A DNA stretch of 64,000 nt from an uncultured Verrucomicrobiae bacterium (GCA_963706715.1 CAVPNI010000004.1:256001-320000), one strand, 5' to 3'. Positions 37,991 through 48,554 are shown, counted from the stretch's first letter. The notes: generated by a model not told the origin, from the letters alone. Program-made: numbers and translations.

Positions 37991-39271
37991 TCAGACCAAG
38001 TTTTTGACTAGGATACGGGAGTGCCGTGCGCTGGCTTCGTATTTTTGCCGACGTTCGGTGGGGAGGTCCTCGGGCTGTGCTACGGTGTAACCTCCTTTTT
38101 GTTGAAGATAATTAAATGCTTGGGTCGAGAGCGCAACGAGGCGCTTAAGACCTTTACTTCGAGCGAGGCTTTCAATGTATGCCATCAATTTGCGGCCATA
38201 GCCCTGGTTTTCGTAGCTGCTGGATACATAGAGGCAAGCCATCTCGCCGGTTGCTTCGTTGGGATAAATATGCAAAGCAACGCATGCCACTATGGTGCGG
38301 TCGTTCTCCAAAACCCAGTAATCCCCAATATGGGCCAAAATCTCAGCGCGTGTCCGGCGTACCAATTCCTCGTTTTTGACGGACTGCCGGATCAGCGTCA
38401 TGATATTCCGAATATCCTTTTTGTAGATGTGCCGAATTTGTTGATATTCGTCGGAATAGACCATGGTTCCGAATCCTTCGTTACTGAAAATTTCCGTAAG
38501 CAGTGCCTCATTGACATTTCCATCCAAAATGTGGACCCGCGAAACTCCCTGCCGACAAGCGTGAGCAGCACGGCTTAATTTGGAGATGAGACTCTTTGGC
38601 CAGCCATTGCGGCGGCGAGTTGCAAGCTCTTCGGATTCAAAAATGGAAATTTGCCGCGGGAGACGAATTGCTGGCTCAAATGCCGAAGGCGGAGCGAGGA
38701 AGATGACTTTTGCGGCCTTCATTTCTTCGGCTACTTCAACCGCAATGACATCGGAATTCACCCGATAAGTACGACCTTCGCCATCAAATCCGAGAGGCGG
38801 AAGCACCGGCAGGATGCCTTCATTTAAAAGCAGATGTAATGCCTTGGAATCCACCCGCTCCACACGACCCGTAAACTGATAGTCCTCCCCCCCTAAAATA
38901 CCTGCCGGGTGAGCAACAATGGCATTAATGTAGGCTGCACGCAAATCCACACTCGAAAGCCCCTCCATGATTTTATTGGTCAAACGAATTGCCGCATCGA
39001 TGCTAATTTGCAACGATATTTCATCGGTCACCCCAGTACCGTCGGAATTGGAGAGCGCGATTCCGCGTTCGCGTCCCAGTTGCTCAATTTGAAAGCCGGC
39101 CCCATGAACGAGAATCACCTGAATGCTCAGCGAACGCAACACCGCCAGGTCCAGTAGAATATTGGAAAAATTTTCTGACCCGACAATAGCGCCGTCGATT
39201 GAAACAACAAAGATACGCTCTCGAAACCGAGGTACGTATTGTAAAATTTCGCGGAGATCAGAAACGTTCAT
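37991..39271 (-). CDS. argA: Amino-acid N-acetyltransferase (N-acetylglutamate synthase)
   Basis: AAK domain (LVHGAG, VHILDG, EIFSNEGFGT) plus GNAT domain (EMACLYV, QGYGRKLM). Confidence 0.92.
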   Translation of the reverse strand: MNVSDLREILQYVPRFRERIFVVSIDGAIVGSENFSNILLDLAVLRSLSIQVILVHGAGFQIEQLGRERGIALSNSDGTGVTDEISLQISIDAAIRLTNKIMEGLSSVDLRAAYINAIVAHPAGILGGEDYQFTGRVERVDSKALHLLLNEGILPVLPPLGFDGEGRTYRVNSDVIAVEVAEEMKAAKVIFLAPPSAFEPAIRLPRQISIFESEELATRRRNGWPKSLISKLSRAAHACRQGVSRVHILDGNVNEALLTEIFSNEGFGTMVYSDEYQQIRHIYKKDIRNIMTLIRQSVKNEELVRRTRAEILAHIGDYWVLENDRTIVACVALHIYPNEATGEMACLYVSSSYENQGYGRKLMAYIESLARSKGLKRLVALSTQAFNYLQQKGGYTVAQPEDLPTERRQKYEASARHSRILVKNLV

Positions 39272-39329
39272 GGGGACATCACAAAATTCGAAAAATTCCT
39301 AGCAACGACATGTCTATATCTCAATTAAA

Positions 39330-40451
39330 CAGGACTTACGCAAAAAGGCCTAAAAACAGTGTGGGAAGAATTACTACAAAATAGAGGTAGCGTCCAGCTT
39401 GAGAAAGGATTGTAGAGAAGAAGGTATGAGAAGCTGCCCAAGCCTGCTTGATTATTGCCAGTACCTGTTGGTGAGCCCAATCAACTACACGCTGACAAAT
39501 TTTGCCGAGCATACGGAAAACATGAGCCACGATGCAATCAACAGATTTCTCAGTAAGGAGAAGATAACGCCGCGTCTGATATGGGAGAACGTGCGCGGAG
39601 AGATTATCCCTGATGAAGAGTGCTGCGTGGTGTTCGATGACACGGTGATCGACAAGAATTTTTCGCATAAGATTGAACTGGTTCGCCGCCAGTATAGCGG
39701 TAACGCACACGGACTGATCAAAGGCATTGGAGTGGTGAACTGCGTGTACGTCAATCCGCGGACCAACGCATACTGGCTGATCGACTATCGAATTTACGAT
39801 CCTGCTGGCGACGGAAAAACTAAACATGATCATGTACGGGACATGCTCAGCAACCTTGTACATCACAAAAAGCTGCTCTTTCGGCATGTCTTGGTGGATA
39901 CCTGGTATGCTAAGCGTGATCTGATGCTCTTCATTGAATCGCTGGGAAAAACCTATTATTGTCCCTTAAGTGACAACCGTTTGGTGGATGATTCCGCAGC
40001 TCAACGGCCCTATCAGCGAGTGGACTCCTTAGAGTGGAATCAATCAGAACTCGCACATGGCAAGACAATCAAAATCAAGGGATTCCCCAAAGAACACAAA
40101 GTGAAACTGTTCCGGGTTGAGGTGTCAGAACACCGCACGGACTACGTGGTTACTAACGACCGAACTCAAGATTCTTCCAAGCTCACACTTGAGATGTGCG
40201 GCTTGCGCTGGAAGATTGAGCAGTTTCATCGTGAGGCTAAGCAGTTAACAGGAATTGAACGCTGCCAATGCAGAAAGGCTCGTATTCAGCGTAACCACAT
40301 CGCTTCTGCTATCTTGGTCTGGGGCCGTTTAGCTCATATTGCCAGAGATAGCGCAAAAACTCTTTACCGCGTCAAACAAGGAATCCTCGATGATTTCCTT
40401 TTTCATCAACTCAAATTTCCTTCCCTTACCATGGCTTTTGCGTAAGTCCTG
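39330..40451 (+). mobile_element. IS701-family insertion sequence, apparently intact (1122 bp)
   Basis: 16-bp perfect IR CAGGACTTACGCAAAA; TTAAA direct repeats at 39325-39329 and 40452-40456. Confidence 0.92.
39426..40445 (+). CDS. IS701-family DDE transposase
   Basis: SHDAINRFL, FDDTVIDK, VLVDTWYA, RWKIEQFHREAKQLTG. Confidence 0.92.
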   Translation: MRSCPSLLDYCQYLLVSPINYTLTNFAEHTENMSHDAINRFLSKEKITPRLIWENVRGEIIPDEECCVVFDDTVIDKNFSHKIELVRRQYSGNAHGLIKGIGVVNCVYVNPRTNAYWLIDYRIYDPAGDGKTKHDHVRDMLSNLVHHKKLLFRHVLVDTWYAKRDLMLFIESLGKTYYCPLSDNRLVDDSAAQRPYQRVDSLEWNQSELAHGKTIKIKGFPKEHKVKLFRVEVSEHRTDYVVTNDRTQDSSKLTLEMCGLRWKIEQFHREAKQLTGIERCQCRKARIQRNHIASAILVWGRLAHIARDSAKTLYRVKQGILDDFLFHQLKFPSLTMAFA

Positions 40452-40469
40452 TTAAAGATGCTCTAATGC

Positions 40470-41462
40470 TTAAGTAACTTGATGGAGCTCCCCAACCAAT
40501 GTTTCTTCTATTAATTTTTTAAATCCTTCGGGATCTTCCAAGGGAGCCAGTATACCCTTGTAAGGAACCACCTGTAAATTTCCCCGCGGTAATAATTTGA
40601 CTATTTTTTCTCCGTGTTCAAATGGAAATAATAGGGATTCTTCTGGCCAGAGTATGGTTACGGGGTGCGGAATGCTAGGCAATCGCTGGAGCAAAGGAAA
40701 AGAAAGCTTTCCGTTGAAAAGTCCAAAAATAGCATGGTGTGCTCCATATTGCTGTGCACAGGTAGTGATCACGCTGAGCATTTCTTCGGTTAAATGTTCC
40801 GGATGAGACAGCCCAAACCGGCAAATCCAACTTTTCAAAAAAGGCTCGCTTGCCAGGTAATTTCGGTAGACGAATTCCCGAAATAGCGGAACCCGTCCCA
40901 TCAACCCGACACCACTCGGACGACGCCGAGCCCCTGATGCCATAAGATTCTGAGGCTGATAAAGAATCAACCGCGCAATACTTTCCGGATGTTTGGAGGC
41001 GGTTAATAATGCCAGCGCTGCACTAATATCGCTTGCAACAACGATGGCTGGACGTCCACCGGAAGTTTCAAAAAAAAATTCGCGTAGTACGCACGCATGC
41101 AGGTCGGCGTCCAAGGCAACCGAAGGGCGTTGGGATTCTCCAAATCCAATGAGATCAGGCGCCAGTACTTGCCAATGAGAGGCAAAATATGGGTACACCT
41201 TGGACCACTCATAGGAGGAAGCGCCTAAATAAATACCGTGCAAAAAGACTAACGGTTCTCCCGTGCCCGCGGTATGATAAACCATCTCGCCATATGTGGT
41301 TTGAGAAACGCGGGTGGCGAAAACGGCGGGAGAAATACTATCAGGAATCAATCTCGACGCCGCTTTCTTAGCTGCATATCGTAAGGCAAGAGCCAGGCCC
41401 CCAACTAATCCCACTCCCAGGCTCAGGCCTAGCGCCGGATTTTTTTTCCATTTGCCGAACAT
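40470..41462 (-). CDS. Alpha/beta hydrolase fold protein
   Basis: PLVFLHG, APDLIGFGES; nucleophile elbow degenerate (VASDISA). Confidence 0.8.
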   Translation of the reverse strand: MFGKWKKNPALGLSLGVGLVGGLALALRYAAKKAASRLIPDSISPAVFATRVSQTTYGEMVYHTAGTGEPLVFLHGIYLGASSYEWSKVYPYFASHWQVLAPDLIGFGESQRPSVALDADLHACVLREFFFETSGGRPAIVVASDISAALALLTASKHPESIARLILYQPQNLMASGARRRPSGVGLMGRVPLFREFVYRNYLASEPFLKSWICRFGLSHPEHLTEEMLSVITTCAQQYGAHHAIFGLFNGKLSFPLLQRLPSIPHPVTILWPEESLLFPFEHGEKIVKLLPRGNLQVVPYKGILAPLEDPEGFKKLIEETLVGELHQVT

Positions 41463-41486
41463 GTGTGTGTTAAGGCGAGCAGCTCT

Positions 41487-41681
41487 TTAGTAATTGACGT
41501 TACGCACTTTTAGGAGCTCTGGGAGCAAAAAAACCATTTTGACCAACAAGGTTCTCTTTTTTGCGTAATATCATACCATCTATTTAAGATAACCAGACTG
41601 ATGTTCTTCGCTCCTACTTCTTAAAAACAAGCCAATTATCCATAAGAGATGGTATCACTTGGTATAGCATGACCCCTATAA
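41487..41681 (+). repeat. Family-A element with an 81-bp inverted-repeat insert and a family-C end
   Basis: A from 41494; TACCATCT...AGATGGTA (41574-41654) with TCA duplication; TATAGCATGACCCCTATAA at 41663. Confidence 0.75.
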
Positions 41682-41747
41682 GATGTATCTATACCGTTTG
41701 AAAATGCTTTCAGTGAATATCTTTAGTGCCAGACTGGTTCCTTTATT

Positions 41748-42776
41748 TCAATGGAGAAAGGTGACCTTTTTTCGACCGGACACGATTTTCCCAATGATTC
41801 GTGCACGCGTGGCATGAACCACAGCCGGGGCATTTTTCTCAGACACGATTAACGCCATACCAATTCCCATGTTAAACACCTGATACATTTCCCGGGCATC
41901 CACTTTTCCACCTCGTTGGATGAGTTGGAAAATAGCGGGCGCTTTCCAAGAAGTCGTATCAATGTTAGCATCACAGTCTACCGGCAAGACTCGAGGGAGA
42001 TTATCCTGGAGACCTCCGCCTGTGATATGCGCTGCCGCGTGAAGGACGCCTTCAGGCAGGGCAGCTAAGACCGGTTGATAGTTTTGGTGCACACGCAGTA
42101 GCTCCTCCCCTAATGTTTTTTTCCCCTTTCCAAGCCGAGAATCCGGCTTGAGATGAAGTTTTTTGAAGAGCACTTTTCGGGCGAGTGAGTAGCCATTAGT
42201 ATGAAGGCCGTTGGAAGGGAGCCCTAAAATAAGGTTTCCGGGGCGAACTGCGGAGCCGTCCAGCAATCGTTTGCGGTCAACGACTCCCACAATGCACCCT
42301 GCAACGTCGTATTCACCTTTTTTATAGATCCCTGGCATTTGAGCTGTTTCCCCACCGATCAGTGCACATCCTCCGGCTTTGCAAGCTTTGGAAAAACCAG
42401 AGAGAAGTTGTTTAAAAACGGTGGGATTCAGAGACTCTGCCGCAATATAGTCCAGGAAAAACAAGGGTCTGGCACCAATGACCGCAATATCGTTGATGCA
42501 GTGATTTACTAGGTCTTGTCCCACCGTATCGTGCCGATCCATGGCAAAGGCTACCTTCAGCTTGGTCCCTACACCATCCACACTGGAAACCAGGACTGGA
42601 TCAGACAAGCCACGAAAATCCGGACGGAACAGCCCCCCAAAGCCTCCAATGCTTCCTATCACTTCCGGGCCATGGGTTGCACGAACCAGACGCTGAATCC
42701 CCGATTTGACTTTATTGCCTAAATCCACGTTCACGCCTGCGAGGGTATAGGCTTTACTCGGCGACCTAAAATTCAT
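41748..42776 (-). CDS. purM: Phosphoribosylformylglycinamidine cyclo-ligase
   Basis: GGFGGLF, DGVGTKL, GGETAQMP, SNGLHTNGYSL, HITGGG, FNMGIG. Confidence 0.97.
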   Translation of the reverse strand: MNFRSPSKAYTLAGVNVDLGNKVKSGIQRLVRATHGPEVIGSIGGFGGLFRPDFRGLSDPVLVSSVDGVGTKLKVAFAMDRHDTVGQDLVNHCINDIAVIGARPLFFLDYIAAESLNPTVFKQLLSGFSKACKAGGCALIGGETAQMPGIYKKGEYDVAGCIVGVVDRKRLLDGSAVRPGNLILGLPSNGLHTNGYSLARKVLFKKLHLKPDSRLGKGKKTLGEELLRVHQNYQPVLAALPEGVLHAAAHITGGGLQDNLPRVLPVDCDANIDTTSWKAPAIFQLIQRGGKVDAREMYQVFNMGIGMALIVSEKNAPAVVHATRARIIGKIVSGRKKVTFLH

Positions 42777-44236
42777 GAAAGATGGGGAAAGAGAACCGGC
42801 TGTTTTTGTTCTGTTTCGGCTATTAAGTGCGTTTGTGAGCGTCTGCGTTCCATCACATGCTTATCTAATTCTTTATCAAAAGGTACCGGGTAATTGCCTG
42901 TAAAACAGGCCAGGCAAAATTGGTTTTCCGACTGTTTTGTGGCACGAACCATACCGTCCACATCCAAATAGCCAATACTATCCGCCTCCAGGTAGCGCCG
43001 GATTTCATCCAATGTACATTGGTTTGCCAAGAGTTTGTCCGGATCCGGAAAATCGATGCCATAGTGGCATGGAAAACGATGAGGGGGGCAGCTAACCCGG
43101 ATATGTACTTCCCGGGCGCCGGCCTCACGGAGATTGACCACTCGCGCCCGGGCGGTAGTTCCTCGAACAATGGAATCATCCACTACGACGACCCGCTTTC
43201 CGCGCACCACATCGCCAATGAGATTCAATTTGACTCGGACATTAAAATCGCGAATGAGCTGAGAGGGCTGCATAAAGGTGCGGCCAATGTAGTGATTCCG
43301 AACAAATGCCAGATCAAACGGGATTCCTAGTTCTTCGGAAAATCCCAATGCCGCATAAGTTCCGGAATCAGGCACCGGCACTACGACATCCGCTTCCACA
43401 GGATGAAGGCGTGCCAATTCTTGCCCCATCCGAACTCGAACCGCCTTTACGTTGGCATTTCGAATGATGCTATCCGGACGGGCGAAGTAAACGTATTCAA
43501 ACATGCAGAAAGCGGAGCGGCCATCAGGAAAAGGCCATTCGGAGCGGACGCCTTCCTCACTGATGATGACTACTTCGCCCGGCTCAATCTCCCGAACAAA
43601 CTCCGCATGAATCAAATCCAACGCACAGGTTTCCGAGGAGAGGATGTAGGCGTCGTTGAGCTTGCCTAAACACAGCGGCCGAAAACCATAGGGATCTCGA
43701 ATCCCAATGATTTCATTTTCGCTCATGAGAACCATGGAAAAGGCACCCTCTAATCGGCGTAAAGCTGACATTGCCGTGCCGGTTTGCTGAGGTTGAGCCA
43801 GCAAATGCAAAACAATTTCGCTATCGACCGTGGTCTGAAAAATGGACCCCCGGCTTTCCAGTTCCTCCCGCAAAACGGCCGCATTCACAAGATTCCCATT
43901 GTGCCCCACCGCAAGCTGCCCGCGAGCTGTATTCGCAGCAAACGGTTGAGCGTTCTTAATATTGCTGGAGCCAGTAGTGGAGTACCGAACATGTCCAATG
44001 GCGCGATTTCCCGTTAACCGATGTAGCTGCTCGGGAGAAAAGACTTGGGAAACAAGCCCCATGTCCTTGTGCAGCAAAAAGGGGCTGCCCTTTCCGTCAC
44101 TGGTTGCTATTCCCGCGCTTTCCTGTCCTCGGTGCTGAAGAGCAAACAATCCGTAATAAGTCAGAATTGCGGCATCAGGATGCCCGAATACCGCAAAGAC
44201 TCCACATTCATGACTGGGCTTAAAAGAAGAGCGCAA
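42773..44236 (-). CDS. purF: Amidophosphoribosyltransferase
   Basis: ECGVFA, LQHRGQESAG, GHVRYSTTG, FEYVYFARPDS, VDDSIVRGTT. Confidence 0.97.
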   Translation of the reverse strand: MRSSFKPSHECGVFAVFGHPDAAILTYYGLFALQHRGQESAGIATSDGKGSPFLLHKDMGLVSQVFSPEQLHRLTGNRAIGHVRYSTTGSSNIKNAQPFAANTARGQLAVGHNGNLVNAAVLREELESRGSIFQTTVDSEIVLHLLAQPQQTGTAMSALRRLEGAFSMVLMSENEIIGIRDPYGFRPLCLGKLNDAYILSSETCALDLIHAEFVREIEPGEVVIISEEGVRSEWPFPDGRSAFCMFEYVYFARPDSIIRNANVKAVRVRMGQELARLHPVEADVVVPVPDSGTYAALGFSEELGIPFDLAFVRNHYIGRTFMQPSQLIRDFNVRVKLNLIGDVVRGKRVVVVDDSIVRGTTARARVVNLREAGAREVHIRVSCPPHRFPCHYGIDFPDPDKLLANQCTLDEIRRYLEADSIGYLDVDGMVRATKQSENQFCLACFTGNYPVPFDKELDKHVMERRRSQTHLIAETEQKQPVLFPHLS

Positions 44237-44314
44237 GGCTTAAAATAAAAAGTGCTTTTTACAATATAATACTAGCACAAACTGTCCAATCCCGTAATAG
44301 GAAAAAGTCTGATT

Positions 44315-47300
44315 CTAATCTTCTCTGGCCAGGAGTTCCACGCCATATTGAGCTGGAGGGTTAAGTTCCTTATTGTAAATAACTAAGGAATCCGGCATGT
44401 GATCCAAGCGCTTGCCGTTCGCGTCCAAGGGCACCAGCCGGAATGTAAATTTCGCTCTCCGAGTGGCCAAAGTTTGGAGCTTCCCCCTGAGCCGGACCGC
44501 TTGGCCGACGCAATAGACTGAAAAAACACGCCCGCGCGTCGTGATCGCCTCCAAAAGATAACGCACGATTTCCTCCCGGACACTGTCGTTCCTATTTTTC
44601 AGACCAAATCGAGTCCGGTTTGCAAGGGTGACCGGAAAGGCCTCTTCCGACTGAAAGAGGTCGATTTCAGAAATTTCTCCTCGCTCAAAAAAAGCGCACC
44701 CTCGATTTTCATACGGCGGCTTACGCCGCAGTCTTCTTTGAAAATGATCGACCATCAGCTGAATGTCCTCGTCTTCCAACGGAGATCCCCCCAATTCTCC
44801 CGCGCCCGCTCGGCTCCATTGAAAGTCGTGTAAGAGCGCTTTCAGGAGGACTCCTTCTTGGCGCAGAACCCCGTTGATATTCACAGCGCCCGGTAATACT
44901 AACCGGTTGCTAACAGAAAAAATATCACAGAGTCGCCAAGCGGTCCATTCTCGATTCGGAGAAAGAGGGTCGCGATCCCAGATGCCGGGCTGTTGAGCCG
45001 TTTTTGAATAAAATTCCGGCTGACCAATCCGAAGGCTTCTCCCGCCGCCGCGGTCGCGGTCAACGTTTAATATGGCGCCTCTGGCCGGATCGAAAACATG
45101 TCCGAGTTCCGCTATGGTTTTTAGGGGAACTTCAGGAAAGATCGCTGGGGTGAGGCTTCCGTCTTCGGAATAAACCGGATCGCCCCACTTGCGAAAATCA
45201 ATGTAGGAAGATCGTATGGTCCCCAAAAGCGAACTCTTGCTAGGAAATTTGCCCGGTCTTGCATTCTCCAAAAATCGTGTGTGGGGAAGAGCATCGTCCA
45301 ACAGGCTGCGGGCATTATCCATTGCTGCATTTTTGCCTGGGGTCATATTTTTTTCCCCCAAGAGAAGTTGTTCGTTGAGAGTGCGCGGGTCACCAATTTG
45401 ATCCGAGCCGCGCTCATCGCCTTGCAATCCGGAGCTTCGCAGATGCCAGCCAGCTCCTCCCTCGTGCTGTCCACTCTTTGAACGCATTACGATGTTAGTA
45501 ATAATAGGGACATGGCTAAAACCATCAATCCAACCGTTGTCATTGAGAAGAAGGTATTCGGTCTCATAGTCGGCATTGCCTTGACTTCTCAGCTTGCCGC
45601 GCACTGCATAATATAATGGTCCCATTAATAATCCCGTTTGCTTGTCCTTTTCCCGGTAAGTCCGGTAGGTGGTTCCGGAGAAAGTCCGCTTCTTTGGATC
45701 GAGGTCTGAAGCGGTAAAAAATTGTGTCCCAAGAGAAAACAGGTTCAGGGGAGGCAAGCCGGGGAAAGTAGTCAGGACTGTTGCCTCGCCTGGCCGAAAA
45801 ACAAGCGGTTGCTTGTTTTGAATTGATTTAAAATGTGCTAGCGGAATCTCAAGATTGCGTTGACTGGGAGGTGGAATCCCGAATCCCTTCTTGCCTCCGC
45901 CGTCAAGATCCCATGGCGGCTGATTTCTGAGAATCAAGCGCGCGTTGGGCCCGAGGTCCTCGACTCGGATGGGCTTGTCACTCAAATTCCAGAATTCTAA
46001 AAAATGATCGATAGTAATTTCAAAGTTTGCTCCACTGAGAGGATCTGTCGGGGTTTTGGTGGGAGGCTCGATCTTAATGAGTCGCGCTGCCAGGGCATAT
46101 TCCTGTAAATAGGGAATTCTTTTTTTACCTACGGCAACAAGAGGGTTTGGACCAAGACCGTTTGGAGACAGCACTGGGCTGAGATCGCCGGGAGCCAAAA
46201 TAGGATAATCCTTTTGATTGAGCACCCGAGTAGGGTTTGGCCCGGGCAACAAAATATCGCGAATATTAGCTGCTAATTTATTGAGATAAATCTCCTCGCG
46301 TTCTTTCGGAGCGGTGCCGATTTGATTGAAAGACGCCGCTTGTGGACGGTAAAAGCGCTGGCCAAAGTGTGGGCTTTCTCGCCGAAGGGTTGAGATAAAG
46401 TGATCTAATTGTTGCCGAATTTCACCGAGGGATGTGGTGGGAAAAAAGAGGTTGTTAATATTAGTTCGAGGCAATCCATGGCGTGTGTAATTCAGAGCCT
46501 CCGAAAAGATGGTACAAAGAGATTTCCAGCGGTTCCACTCGAACGCATCCAAATGCATGACCAGATTGGATTGCCCCAGATCCTTGAAACCGCCTAACTT
46601 TTCTCTCAGAGCAAATAATTCCTGTGCCCATTTTCCCTGTATTTCCTCAGAAATGTTTGGCAATTGTGCGAAGATCGCTTGCAGGGAGAGGTCTCTCGGG
46701 TTCCGCAAAACAGTGGAAGGCTGTTGAGGGGATGCTGTTTGAATGTTGAGCTTGAAACTTTCATCTTCCAGAACAAAGGCATATCGTGCAAGCACAGGTG
46801 CTTCTTTCTCCGGAATCAAAAGAATCCAAGGCGCGGAAATGGGCGCCGTTTTGCCTTCCCGATCCACTTCACAGATCCACTGATCCATTTGATTGAAATT
46901 GCAAAGTTCCGGGAGCGGATCAAAGGGATTTTGACCAATGGGCAGCGGTTGTTGGACCCCAGAAATCAAGGGAAGCACTAAAATGCGAGCTGGCTGGTGA
47001 GAAGGGCCTCTTTCAAAGATATGGAGTGCTGTCCCAGGTGTTTTCAGGCCCGGCAAATGTTCTTCCCAAACAGTGGCGGAGTCCGGATACCGGGTGATTG
47101 CCTTGCAGAGCATCGATTGAGCATGAGCTAATGCTGCTTGGACCGCAGCCTCGGCTCTTAAGAGCTCTCGCTCGTGCAAAATTAGTTTTCGATCATATAA
47201 AAGCGTACTCAAAGTTGCTGTCAAGAGCCCTCCGACTAAACTCATGCAAACAAGCACCCAGACGAGCGCCGAGCCTTTACAGGTTGTCGAAAGAAGGGCT

Positions 47301-47341
47301 CTCATTTCGATGTCCCATTCTTGGGAGAGGAATCCTTGCAT
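44315..47341 (-). CDS. Large pilin-N-terminal protein, Verru_Chthon cassette protein A-like
   Basis: KG-SALVWVLV N-terminal helix; ARYAFVLEDESFKLNI; VNING; ITTRGRVFSVYCVGQ. The true start may be downstream of 47341. Confidence 0.7.
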   Translation of the reverse strand: MQGFLSQEWDIEMRALLSTTCKGSALVWVLVCMSLVGGLLTATLSTLLYDRKLILHERELLRAEAAVQAALAHAQSMLCKAITRYPDSATVWEEHLPGLKTPGTALHIFERGPSHQPARILVLPLISGVQQPLPIGQNPFDPLPELCNFNQMDQWICEVDREGKTAPISAPWILLIPEKEAPVLARYAFVLEDESFKLNIQTASPQQPSTVLRNPRDLSLQAIFAQLPNISEEIQGKWAQELFALREKLGGFKDLGQSNLVMHLDAFEWNRWKSLCTIFSEALNYTRHGLPRTNINNLFFPTTSLGEIRQQLDHFISTLRRESPHFGQRFYRPQAASFNQIGTAPKEREEIYLNKLAANIRDILLPGPNPTRVLNQKDYPILAPGDLSPVLSPNGLGPNPLVAVGKKRIPYLQEYALAARLIKIEPPTKTPTDPLSGANFEITIDHFLEFWNLSDKPIRVEDLGPNARLILRNQPPWDLDGGGKKGFGIPPPSQRNLEIPLAHFKSIQNKQPLVFRPGEATVLTTFPGLPPLNLFSLGTQFFTASDLDPKKRTFSGTTYRTYREKDKQTGLLMGPLYYAVRGKLRSQGNADYETEYLLLNDNGWIDGFSHVPIITNIVMRSKSGQHEGGAGWHLRSSGLQGDERGSDQIGDPRTLNEQLLLGEKNMTPGKNAAMDNARSLLDDALPHTRFLENARPGKFPSKSSLLGTIRSSYIDFRKWGDPVYSEDGSLTPAIFPEVPLKTIAELGHVFDPARGAILNVDRDRGGGRSLRIGQPEFYSKTAQQPGIWDRDPLSPNREWTAWRLCDIFSVSNRLVLPGAVNINGVLRQEGVLLKALLHDFQWSRAGAGELGGSPLEDEDIQLMVDHFQRRLRRKPPYENRGCAFFERGEISEIDLFQSEEAFPVTLANRTRFGLKNRNDSVREEIVRYLLEAITTRGRVFSVYCVGQAVRLRGKLQTLATRRAKFTFRLVPLDANGKRLDHMPDSLVIYNKELNPPAQYGVELLARED

Positions 47342-48023
47342 GAAACGTGGTTGGCAACTGTCGATGCCGGGAGCGGAAGATCACCAAGCACTCCAGTCCT
47401 ACATTGACGCCTGGTAACCAGCGCTCTTGCCTTCGACCTAAAACATCGATAGGATACAATTGAAATTGGTATACATTGCTCAACAGGTTCTGACTGAGTA
47501 TGGCTGTGTACTGAGAAAGAGTCTCAAGCCGACGAGGTGAACCGGTAAAACTTGCGAGGCTTTCTTGGGTATCCCACAAATGGCGCGAGATGACGCCAGC
47601 ACGAAACCGGTATTGTATGGCGCATAGGACAGCGTTGTCTGCCCCTTGAGCGGCAAAGGAGTGTTCCCAACCCGTTGCAAGCCGTTTGAAGAGTGTCAAA
47701 TAAAGCTCCTTGTTTTCTTGAGAGGGAAACTGAAACTCCAAAGTTTGTCGCTTCCGATCGAAAACCAACTGTTCGCAATCGGCCGTTAGAATTTTACAAA
47801 ATGCCCGAAATTCCCGGCAATGGCGTGCGGTTTCTGAAGCAAATCCGATAAATGTCGCAATCTGGTGCATGCAGACCGTGAGCGCACTCGCAAAAATGCC
47901 CATCAGCGCGAGGCAAAGCGTCATTTCCAGCAATGTAAATGCATTCTTTCTGCGATCCGCAGAGGCTCTAGCAAGAGTGAAAGGAAGGCAACGTACCTTT
48001 GTAATAGAATGAGAAAAAGGCAT
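47277..48023 (-). CDS. Prepilin-type N-terminal protein (Verru_Chthon C / PilW-like)
   Basis: RKNA-FTLLEM type IV prepilin cleavage motif followed by a hydrophobic helix; start uncertain. Confidence 0.7.
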   Translation of the reverse strand: MPFSHSITKVRCLPFTLARASADRRKNAFTLLEMTLCLALMGIFASALTVCMHQIATFIGFASETARHCREFRAFCKILTADCEQLVFDRKRQTLEFQFPSQENKELYLTLFKRLATGWEHSFAAQGADNAVLCAIQYRFRAGVISRHLWDTQESLASFTGSPRRLETLSQYTAILSQNLLSNVYQFQLYPIDVLGRRQERWLPGVNVGLECLVIFRSRHRQLPTTFHARIPLPRMGHRNESPSFDNL

Positions 48024-48027
48024 ATCT

Positions 48028-48474
48028 TTAGCGGATCCCGAAATTCTCAAAAATGGCGGTGTGCACTTCATAAACCCGCCTCTTTATTCGCGGTAAAAGA
48101 CCTGGACTTTCAAATCGCAGTCGGACAGAGACAGGGTTCGCATTTCCGCCTGAGCATCTTAAATGAACAAGGGTGGTATCCGCCATCCCGCCGGAATCAA
48201 ATTGTTGCCGGGAAATTTCCAAAAGCCCATGGGAGCTGATCATGAAAAAAAATTCCTCTGAAAGAGTCTGGGCCTCTCTCTTAGCGCGGAGAATTTCCGG
48301 ACACTCCACTTCCAGAAAATATCGGGCTCGCAACAGATCATGCGTTGCTGTTAAGTTGTGAGAGTGAATTTTTCGGATTGAAGAAATCCCCTTCGCCGCC
48401 AACGTGAACAAGGCTGCCGCCAAGCCAAGGGCAATCAGTAGCTCGCAAAGAGAAAACGCAGAGGATTTTGACAC
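48028..48474 (-). CDS. Prepilin-type N-terminal protein (Verru_Chthon B / PilV-like)
   Basis: SA-FSLCELLIALGL motif. Confidence 0.65.
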   Translation of the reverse strand: MSKSSAFSLCELLIALGLAAALFTLAAKGISSIRKIHSHNLTATHDLLRARYFLEVECPEILRAKREAQTLSEEFFFMISSHGLLEISRQQFDSGGMADTTLVHLRCSGGNANPVSVRLRFESPGLLPRIKRRVYEVHTAIFENFGIR

Positions 48475-48554
48475 ACAATAATCTACGCGCTTCCCGCCAG
48501 CTTCGCTGGTTTCTTTTAGAAACAGTTGATTGAAAATTACGCTTTTTTTTGCAC

